A stretch of DNA of 56,487 nt, counting the filler, from Sphacelaria rigidula (Eukaryota), in NCBI GenBank assembly GCA_964200075.2. It is 3 parts of 3 records of this genome, joined end to end, with 100 filler letters (N's around TTAATTAATTAA, not from the genome) between each part and the next. Parts side by side here need not be neighbours in the genome. Positions count along the whole stretch, not along the records: positions 37,732 to 56,487 come from CAXNAA020000798.1; 2 more parts are not named here. One strand, given 5' to 3'. Made by a program: the position numbers and the translations under genes. The notes under the pieces are model-generated. The model ran no database searches. It saw only the letters and a list, made by a program, of their open reading frames with translations, and had not been told where the DNA came from. Below, piece after piece: positions 47,201-56,487 of this stretch (the first letter of the stretch is position 1; the number at the start of each line of letters is the position of its first letter).

Positions 47201-50200
47201 GGGATGGTGATGCTACGCATATCACAATGTCATTTTTGACAACATTACAGTTTCACCAAGTCATGACAAAATGCTAGGTCGCCCCAACTTTTCCCGCCAG
47301 GAGCCATAATCAGCCCATCCCCCGCCGATTGTTTTGGGACAAAAAATCGGATTTTCCACTGCTTTCAGCACCAGCCATAGGCCGACTTCCCAGACCGGCA
47401 GCGCACAGGCATTGTGTGTACGGAGTATTTGAGTTGGTCCAACTGAGATTTGGTGGGAGAACTACACAGTGAAGCGTACCACCCCCCTTCCCCCCTCCCC
47501 CCATTTTCCCCATTTGAAAATTTTGGAGGTAGGACTGCTGTAAAATGTCGTTACGTGTCCCTTTGACGCCCTGTTGAACTACATGAGATGGTCCTTGCCA
47601 TTTTTTTACCTAATAAAAAGCCTGCCCAGTATTCCTCCTCATTTCTCCCACAGAACATCTCTCTGTCAACATGCTGTAATGTCACAGGGTAGCCTACAAT
47701 AAATGCACAGAAACCTCAACCTCCCCCATGCACAGCGAGGGCTGAAGTCCGCTCCAATGGTCAAACGACTAAGGCAAGCAACAAATGAGTACGCCCCCCC
47801 CCCCCCTCGCATCAAGTCCCGATATCTTGGTTTTGGTGCAGCATGTCAAGTCTTGGGCATGGCGTGGACCTTGACCGTCATAGCCCCATCGTCGGTGACG
47901 GGGATCAAGTGTCTTCACATCGTTCGTGCTCCGACGGAAAATTCGAGTAACATCCGGACCGGGGCACGAACGACGTGGACATCCGACCCCTGTCGCGAAC
48001 AGTATCCCAGTCGACTTCATGCCTCAAGCCTCCGGTTACTGCTCCACGTACTCGTAAAAGGTTGGTGCGTTTTGTAATAAGATCCGACTCTAATCGTTTC
48101 CGCGTGTGGGGAACTGTGTATGGGCTGGGAGGACGTGCGCCAGCGATGGCACGGCGGCACGATACAATGTCATGACTCGACACAGGGAAAATGTCACGTG
48201 AGCAGGACATTCCACCTCCCGACAAAGAAGTACTCGTTACCCCCTTGAGTGCACAGCTACCGATGCATTGTCATCTCTGAAAGGGCGAAATCGGGCATCA
48301 ACATCATTTCACAAACCCTGGCATTCGACACATAAACTCAAAGTGTCAACCTCGCAGTGAAGGGTTAATCCCCGGGGTTACTTTCGGGTATAGGGTCGGG
48401 TTTACCCGTTCACCGCGAAGCAGTCGATTTGAGTTCCATGCGTGCGAATGCAACACGTTGTACACCGACTGGTTCCACTTCGCGAGACAAAACAGCGTAT
48501 GGGGAAACCAGCCCGACAAGGAGCAAAACATACTGCAGCAAAAAACGTAACTTCCTTGCCCCCGTACAAGCATCCCAGAGTATGCTTCGCGTTATATTAA
48601 TGATATTCAGGCATACGCAGGCGAGTACAATACGCCGCTGCATCCGATAAGGTCTAGTGGCGGCAGTTGGGGAAGGCACTGATACAAAAGTCAGAATAAC
48701 CAGCCTTCCAAGAGGTGCAATGGTTGGATATCGAGGCTATTTCTGGCCTTCGAGCTGTTTCGATACGCGTCGATAATCAACGAACACGTCAACATCAGAC
48801 GCGTTCCACGATACACGGTCCGATATGGCGACGTCAATGCAGTCCGATACTCGCAGAAGTACTCTAGCGATACACATCTCTGCGGACACGACGCGAAGAA
48901 CAAGGCATTGCACTAACAACAGTAATCGCACTAACAACAGTAGTCAGTACAACCAGTACAGTATCCAGATTTTTTCTCGTGGTCAGGAAATGCCCCGCGA
49001 TTGGTCACAGTAATGATACACATTGCAGTAGCACCGTGTTTCCCCAATCTTGAACCCGACAATGCCCTTGAAGTTCAGAAGCGCATTGTGACTTGATCCG
49101 AAAAGTCTTTCGACAACACTCGCACGCTCTCACGAACGACGGATTACCGTGAGCACTGCTGCGGTGCTCTACTTATCCAGTATGGATTCGGGGATGTAGA
49201 AATGCGGGGCACACACAAGTTGACGTTGTCTCAACCGTAACCACGGCGTAAATACGGAACCTGAGGAACACCAAGCACGTGCTTTACGCATTTCAAAATT
49301 TCTTACAGAAGCCAGGCGGCTCGCAGAAACGTATTGCTTGTCGCCGGAACCAACTCAAGCGATCACAAGGACGACAACAAATGCAGGGATGGCACGACCC
49401 CGACAACATGAGTCTTGAATCACACATCAACTTATCAGGCCCCTTGTTCCAGGGCTATCTTAAGCATAACAGCACCAGCAGTAGCTCGAGACGTGAGCTG
49501 ATCTGTTGAGTGCGATATCTTCAGTGTGGGGCTAACAGATTCGAAAGATTGAGTAAGATGCTATGCTGTATGATTTGTGTCGGACGCACGCGCGGTAGTG
49601 AAACACGCACACACGGTCAATGAGAGCATCGTTGGTAAGATTTTGACGTGCGTGTGGTCACCCGCCCGTCCTTCGCCACCGAATGGATTGCCGTGAAACC
49701 AAAACCCGTGTAAAGGGAACGAGGGCTCGCGCCAAAGGTACCCAGTGCGCTTGTGCTGACGGTACCTGCGCATGTTCAGCTGGGTTGTCGTGTGGTTGCA
49801 TTGTCTTGCAGTCACACACCCTCGTGGTGCCCGTTGAGCCTTCAGACCAGTTTTTGCACCTGTGTCCACTCCGATAAAAAAACGCCGCCGAGAGATGTGT
49901 TTTGTGTGTTGTCGTCCCATCTATTCTGGGCACCAGTCTACACCTTTCGGTAAAGACGGACAATTTTCTATCCTGTTCGACAGACAGGGTGGGTGCTCGG
50001 CACTCACGTTGGTATGACCTATAGATAGTCTCTCCGCTTGACTGCTGGGTGAAAAATGAAATGCACCGCGCTGTCACTGGCAGTGTGTACATGGTATAAA
50101 TAAGTCAGCTTTTGGCGGACCATCTTCATGAGGCGAGAGGGTGACTGAATGATGGAGTGCGTGTAAGGAGCACTTCAACTTCGTAACGGGAGATGGGTGT

Positions 50201-53200
50201 TTGCTGAGTTATCTTTTTTCTCGTCTATGATGCTTGAAGAAAGTGTTCTTGAAACTCTTCACCCCATGATCCATGAGATGACCGTGCGAAGGGGTCATAC
50301 AGCGACGAGACGCATTTCACCAGAGATTAGACCCCGTGAAAACTGAGGCCGTTTCTTATCGGGAACCAAAAAAAAGCGTGAAAGGCAGCAAGCGCTCGAA
50401 ATCAGCATATTGATCGATCGCCGGGCGAGGCTATGGTTTCGTCGACTAAGAAACATCCTGCTTTTGAGCGCTTGCTGCCTTTTACGCTTTCCTTTCAAGA
50501 CAGTAAGTTGGGAGCAACAACTGCTGGATTTTGCAGCAAGAATGGTTTGAGCCTTCACCAAGTGATGCAGTGCCAAATCTGAAGAGTCTTCGAAGCACGA
50601 TCAATGCTGGGGAAATAACATACTGCGACAGTCGACCCAACACTACAGTCTGACGGTTACAAGACCGGCGCACCCGCGAGAAACATGCTTCATGATACCA
50701 CCGACTGCGTGCAGTGGGAACACCGAGGGATTCTCCATTGATACTGTGTAGGTGTTTTCGGGGTTCTATAGTTGTGAGGGTACGGAATGCACAAGTGATG
50801 AACTTGCTTTCTGCCGCCTCGTCCCAATTTCGAATCTGAGACCCGGGCTGCACGGTGACGTAGATTCTGCCTTGGAGGCTCCAAACAAACTCAGGGTGAA
50901 GGGGCAGCGCATCCTCATTATTTTACAAAAATCTCGCTGAACGTTTTCGATTATTTTATTCTTGTTCGGTGCCTGCCCACGCCCATGCCTCATCGCCAGT
51001 GAAAGAAAGAGCGGGTACACAAGTTGTACCTAGCTTGCTTTCGAGCCTGTGTCGACTTGCACGAAATAGATTGTTTCCCGGGAGAAATCGATTGATAGCT
51101 GCTGAAAGGAGGGCAAAACGCGTCAACACCCTGTGGCCCACAATCGTAGTTCACGAACTGCAAAACCTCTCCGCCACTCGTCCAGATAAACTCCGTCTAT
51201 GCCTACAAAATTATCTTTCAAGAGCTCATGCGACGGAAATATTTCGAAACCAAAAAATGGGCGCCCAAATTGGCCATAGTCTCCCCTCCAAGACTCTTTG
51301 AAATGTCATCATTCATCGTGGGTCTACATGCGCCGCCGGCAAGCGCAAACACGACTACCGAAAAGCACTGTTAATAGCTCTGATTGAGCATTTCCAGCAT
51401 GACGTCCTAATGCGCTTGACACACAAACTACGGGAAACGCGGGTCTTATCCTACTTAGTATCCCGACTTTTGAAGCGCTCACAATGAACAACCATGTCTG
51501 ACGGTCTTGCATCGAGTGGACATGGCATCAACGACGTTTTCACGTATAATTCCAAATGAGAAGATCCACTTGACACTCACATGGATCGGCTAGCTACCGC
51601 GGGTACGGTGTCGGTACTCTACTTGTAGATTCTCGGTACGTAGGTGTCCTACGGAGCACGTATAGGCCAATACTTTAATCCTTCACCGAAAAAATCTCCT
51701 TCAGGACAAACATCTTGACCAGACGGCTAGCAACCTACTAGTCGTGGGAAATGACCGTCGTGGATATTTCCCAGAGGAATGGGTTTACGGAACTGCAGGG
51801 AACGTCGGGAGTGTACTCCACACCTGTGGCAGATTCATAAGGCAGGCACTCTAGCTAGCCAGTTTTGTGTTTCCGGGGCCTAGTCAAGGGGGGGAAATGG
51901 TGCAGGCCTGCGGAGGCGCGCTGAATTTGAGGCGTTCCGGCGAGCAGCTGGGGGAAATATTATGGAGATGGGCGGGTTCACCGCCGAAAACAGTACCATA
52001 CCGATCAGTATCAGGTGCCAACGAATGTCTTGGGGCTGTTGAATACGAAGGGTTGGAAGGGTTGGACACTGTTGCGGCAGATGAATACATCAAGTACCGA
52101 CAAATACCGAAAGGTGCAGACTGGCATCCAGAATAGATGGGACAACACACACACTGATATACTTGACCGAAATTGCCGACACCTCAAGGCGATCTGATCG
52201 CGAACAACGCCAACGCCAACAATTTTCGGATTTCGTGTCCACTCCAGGAGGGCCGTTGCAACAAAAATATGAGAGTACCATACACTGAATGCCCATAAGC
52301 ATGCAGTACGTGTTCACACGTCTCGTCGAAGGTTCTTCGGATGCCGGCCGACGCATCAGAAATGAAGGCAAAAAGTGACGCGAAACGGCGTAGCTCAAAG
52401 TAATCTTACCCTTGTGTGTGACACCAGCTGATGCGCCCACATACACCAAAAGGTGTCGACCGCGTCCAGAATATAGGTGGGATGACAACACTCAACACAC
52501 TCTGATCCTCCCGCGGAGCTTGTTGCGCTTCGAGTGGATAGGCCTGAGGTCGATTTTTTTCACCCGCTGGAGTCCATTGGAGTCCACGTACGTCCAAGTT
52601 GTACAACTTCTCTGTTTATTGATCGTAATACTTACCCCTTTGACCGCGAGGTTAGGTCACCTGCTGAATCGGCATCAATGTTCACTTGAGAAAAGTACAC
52701 GTGATCTACATGGACTACCGGCACCGCGGTCTAAGGGTTTAATGCCTCTGGAGCAAAGGTAGCAAACCCTTGGCAAGGTCAAGGGCCCGCGATGAGATTC
52801 AAATCTTACGAATTGCCAGATACGGATATTTTGGCGCCACAAATGGAAACCAGAACGTCCAGAGTGACGTCGCTGAAGCGACGCCCAAGCAACATGCGCA
52901 TACAAAGAAGATACGACGTACGGTGACGTGCTTTCCTAAAGGAGAAGACCCGCTGATCGGCAAAAAACGGGAGCTCTGTGTGTTCAGGTCTCATCTTGGG
53001 TCGCCTTTCCGTGCTCCCCCGACCTTCGCTTCATAATAATGTTCACCACTTTCATGACCAGATTGAACCTGAAATCTGCGGCAAAGGACGCTACTCAAGA
53101 GCCCTGACAGACGTTTTGAAAACTCATGACTGAGCTGCAGTATTATATATACACTACGCCTTCCAAGTCGATTACATGTGCATCTGGTCGATTTTGATTG

Positions 53201-54592
53201 ATTACTTGTCGCACTTCGCACCTGCGTGTGTATAATCATCTTTCCGCAATTTTCCGCATATGTCCGATGTACACATAGTAGTTGTGACTATCTATCTGTG
53301 GAGAGCACCTAAAATGCGTACGTGGAGAATGTATGTATGATCATATATCTAGGCTCTTGCGAAACGCAAAACCTGCAAGACAAATAAGAGCCAACTTCTA
53401 CAGGTAGTCACAGCCAGTTGCTCTGGTTTGAGATCACAACGTACCGAGACGAAGGCTTCAAACTCGTCAGTCTGTGCTGCACATGGCGGTGCCTTGGGAT
53501 TACGGTCTTTGCCAACAAGTGCGACGCAAAAACCCCGCTACCATCAGCAGGATTTGATCCTGACCGCTACATAATGTTGCCATCATGTGCTGTACAATGC
53601 TGTCTGTAACGCATTGAAAAAACGCCGCAACTTGAGGTTGTTGAAGGGACACTTTCGTCGCGGTTTGCGGCTGAGCGCCGAAAGCAGATAACACTAACGG
53701 AACAAGCCAAGATGTACCTAGGCTTCCAGTTTTGGGGGATCAGATCAGGTGCAAGGGTATATAGCGGCAGTAGAGTACACTGTACTGCTGTCACGGGGTG
53801 GTCAGTTTTTGTAACCATCACCCCCCCCCCGCGCGCGCGCCCAATGTCGGCTCCCCACTGTGCCATCTGTGTATAAGGGCATTGCAGTCGAAATTTCGAC
53901 ACGCCTGCACAACAAAAGTCAATGTTTTCAGGGGGCCCGAACGAGGGGAGTATTGACCGCCTATTTCTTTCCTCAAGGAACAGGTACCACTGCAGCCCAC
54001 AGAAGACAACGTAATATCGACACTTTTCTCGAGTCAAATGTCAACTAAATCACTCGCTCACTTGACGAAGGCGACTGGACGATATAAGTGTGAACAGCGA
54101 TGGGCGCCTGGGCTTGCGTCAAGGAATGACTGCAAGTTTCTTCTCTGCAATGTAAGCATAACTATAATGTGGTCTGTCTGCCGATGGCATGTAATCCCTA
54201 TACTGAAAGGGTGGTTGTACCACTGCTACTGTTGGTGGTGACGGTACTGCAGCGACCAACCAGTGTATGATACCATAACTACAAGTATGAAAGGACGGTT
54301 CAGAAATCAATGACAGCAGGATACTGTGCTGTATGGCATTACGTGAATGGAAATTACGTGAGTGGAAAAACGCTGCGCGAAGAGGTTTTCAATTCATTAT
54401 GAAACTCACTTGACCTTAGCGGTAGTACAGTTGTCACAGGTCGTTCGGAGCACGGGCTCGTCCTCCTCCCCATCTCGACGACGCCTCCTACGTTTCTTGG
54501 GCTGCTGTTGTCGTGGTTGTGGTTGTTGTTGTTGTTGTTGATGATGACGCTGCTGCTGTAGGTGACCAGGCGGTGAGCCTCCCTTGGCATTG
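38268..54592 (-). CDS. Zn(II)2Cys6 binuclear-cluster (Gal4-type) transcription factor, at least 5 exons and about 780 aa; both ends uncertain
   Basis: Exons 54592 (or ATG 54621)-54410, 45870-45313, 40543-40351, 39941-39271 and 39003-38268, all GT-AG and phase-compatible. Splicing reconstitutes CDNCTTAKVKCNGATPCGRCTNKAIPC (Cx2Cx6Cx5Cx2Cx6C), preceded by polyQ and PKKRRRRRR and followed by KKRCGPKRRK. A helical middle region (FMQNVNAFTP...AIAIGAEF...AREEIKECFD...VGAYLILALY) resembles the fungal TF middle homology region. Confidence 0.85.
43330..43825. repeat. Long foldback inverted repeat (about 230-bp arms, about 30-bp loop)
   Basis: e.g. TGCTCTACTAGTTGAGGCGGTTCCAGGACATCT versus AGATGTCCTGGAACCGCCTCAACTAGTAGAGCA; arms about 43330-43562 and 43596-43825. 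Confidence 0.9.
44030..44560. repeat. Degenerate minisatellite-like array (about 40-bp units)
   Basis: Recurring TTCTGTAAG / ACTTTCATACC / GTACCCGA(C/T)AGTTC motifs. Confidence 0.7.
44733..45056. mobile_element. MITE-like element with about 55-bp imperfect TIRs
   Basis: CCAACAGCTAGGCAGCAATCTCAACGTCATTCGGCGAAGCGTTTGACAC versus GTGTCAAGCACTTCGCCGAATGACAGTGAGATGGCTACCTAGCTGCTGTTGG. Confidence 0.7.
45938..46474. mobile_element. MITE related to 14195-14749, in opposite orientation, TA-flanked, 537 bp
   Basis: TA|TAGTGCTGGGCGCCTGAACTA ... TGGTTCAGGCGGCCAGCACTA|TA. The interior aligns to the 14.2-14.7 kb element (e.g. CTGGGCTGAAACGTG versus CACGTTTCAGCCCAG; CACACTTTTTCGGCT versus AGCCGAAAAAGTGTG). 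Confidence 0.8.
46633..46994 (-). mobile_element. tRNA-derived SINE, full-length copy
   Basis: Same body; head (reverse complement) GGTCGCCCTGCTGGCCCAGTTGGTAA...GTCGTGGGTTCAGATCCC; GT-rich tail on the plus strand. Confidence 0.85.
49897..49953 (-). mobile_element. SINE 3' tail fragment
   Basis: GTGTGTTGTCGTCCCATCTATTCTGG..CCAGTCTACACCTTTCGGTA. Confidence 0.7.
52103..52153 (+). mobile_element. SINE 3' tail fragment
   Basis: ATACCGAAAGGTGCAGACTGGCATCCAGAATAGATGGGACAACACACAC. Confidence 0.7.
52410..52500 (+). mobile_element. SINE 3' fragment
   Basis: GTGTGACACCAGCTGATGCGCCCACATACACCAAAAGGTGT...CCAGAATATAGGTGGGATGACAACAC. Confidence 0.7.
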
Positions 54593-56436
54593 CTGCCGGG
54601 CAGAGTGGGGGTAGGAAACATAGACAGTATAAGTAGCCTGTAATGTTTCCTTCAGAAGGGAGCACCCGACCCTCTCCTCTCCCTCGTATATTGTGATGTT
54701 GTGCTTCAAGCACGTCACCCACACCGATGTAAAATTATTAACGGGTGGCGCATAAATCCTACTGTTGTTGATACGGGCAGTTCGTGTGCTGGGCTTGACT
54801 CGTCTAACCTACGGCAGCGGGCGAGCTCTTCTGGGCGTAAAGCTACTACCGGGAGGGTTTTTGTTTATTTTTATTTTTTATGTGACAATAACCCGGGAAC
54901 CTTTTTGGTTCTGTGCATTGGCCCGACGTTTGGAGAAACTGTCACTGCTCGGTGCTCGTTACACATACGCTGTCATCTGCCAGAGTCCGGTGCGAACATT
55001 CCTGTCGCAGGCGAATGTTGCTGTGCATGATTCATCCGTTGTTCGTCCGCAACCTCGTCTCTTCTGCTGATGATGTTGACACAGTACTGCAGGCTAAAAT
55101 AAATAGTAACGATTACAGCAACGCGATCCCCCGCAGGCGAAGGGGCTGCTGCTACTGTACTGTTGTACTACAGTTTTTTGGCTTCCGAAAATGTTCAATG
55201 ATGCAATATTAGTACGGCCGAGTCTCATCACATTATTTTCAGATCGAAAAGTGCAGCGGAAAAGAAAAACTCCGACCTGAAGCTGCATGTGCCGCATACT
55301 CTGCTCCCGGTATCCTGGTGTATTCCCTGGCTCTGAGCTTTTTAAAGTGATCGCGATTCAAAGGAGGACCTGACCTGGCGGTCAAAGGGTCTCATCATGT
55401 GATGAATCGCCGTCACTTTCACCCGAAAAAATAGAACAAAATAAACCAGGATACCGGGAGCCGAGTTTGAGACACCTCGTCTAATCGACACTGTTTCTCC
55501 GGAGATTTCTGAATTTTTCGGGACTGGCAAGGTACCTCGATGACCCTCGAATGCTTGCGAGCGCAACGGCGTACACACAGGGTAGCTCTCCAAAGTGCTG
55601 CGTTGTAGTTCGAATTATCCGGATTTTTTTCTCCAAAAGTGAAGCTTCGTGGGAGAAGAAATCAAGTAGGTTGGGAGAAATCTGAACACACAAACTCGGA
55701 AACGTCCGAAAAAATCTGACGCCTATCTCTGAAAAAACAGAGTCGGTAATCATGGGGGCTTACATTTATATCCGAGACCAAAGAAAAAGCGTAGAACGAA
55801 ACATGCGTCCAAAAGCGGCACGTTGATTGATCACCGGGCGGGTTGCGATGACAAATCAACATGCTGCTTTTGGATGCATGTTTCGTTTCTCGCTTCCTTT
55901 TTCGATCTCGGTAAGACACGCGCGGCGTTATTGTCGAGACATTAAAGAAGAAACGGGAAAAGGCGTTGTTATTGTCGAGACTGTAAAAAAGAAACGGGAA
56001 AAAAAGGGACATGCAAGCGTCCAAAAACAACATAATCTTGATTGATCGTTGGATGCGTGGATGGTTTCGGTGACAAATCGACATGCTGCTTTTGGACGCT
56101 CGTTCCTTGTCCTGCTTCTCTTCGACTAGTCTCGATAAGACGCGACCCGATAGGTCGTTATTTAACCCCTTGGCCCCAAGGGTAGTCCATGTGGATGATA
56201 CCTACGTTTTTCAAACGAAAAAGAAGCCGACTCAACAGATGACCTATCCATCAATGCTCGCCATGAAAGGGTTAGCAAGGACTTGCCACATTACTGCACA
56301 TTGATGTTTTTATTGAGGATGAACCCTGGAGATAACCTTCGTATTAAGCATAGAAATATTTTTGGAATACAAATGCAAGTGCACTCTCAGGCCGTGACGT
56401 ATGGCCTCGTCCATTCTTGAAAACCATGCGTATTTG

Positions 56437-56487
56437 CCGGTCGCCCCGGTGGCTCAGTTGGTAACCTCGTAATCTTCTGATGGTTGG
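56437..56487 (+). mobile_element. SINE 5' tRNA-like head, cut off by the window end
   Basis: CCGGTCGCCCCGGTGGCTCAGTTGGTAACCTCG..ATCTTCTGATGGTTGG. Confidence 0.75.

Overview
Eukaryotic nuclear DNA with long GT-AG introns full of repeats, most like a brown alga or other stramenopile (inferred from gene content and repeat style). Two 100-bp artificial scaffold joins (N44-TTAATTAATTAA-N44) at 18767-18866 and 37632-37731 divide it into three contigs. Five protein genes can be assembled by hand from phase-compatible splice sites. (1) The first two exons of a MAP kinase (minus strand). (2) Head-to-head with it, a complete 5-exon Nup50/Nup2-like FG nucleoporin with a C-terminal Ran-binding domain. 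(3) A 5'-incomplete CAMK-group kinase missing both Mg2+-binding residues (DFG->GWG, HRDxKPEN->HRDLRPEK), i.e. a CASK-like atypical kinase or pseudokinase. (4) A 97-aa mitochondrion-targeted protein carrying the conserved C-terminal tail of cytochrome c oxidase subunit 1 (nucleus-encoded Cox1-c, a split-gene product). (5) A large fungal-type Zn(II)2Cys6 transcription factor whose zinc cluster is split by an 8.5-kb intron. Non-coding DNA contains about 10 copies or fragments of a tRNA-derived SINE, two related TA-flanked Tc1/mariner-type MITEs, several long foldback elements, a family of short hairpins, tandem duplications and probable decayed RTE-like LINE remnants. No prokaryotic systems, CRISPR arrays or rRNA genes are seen.
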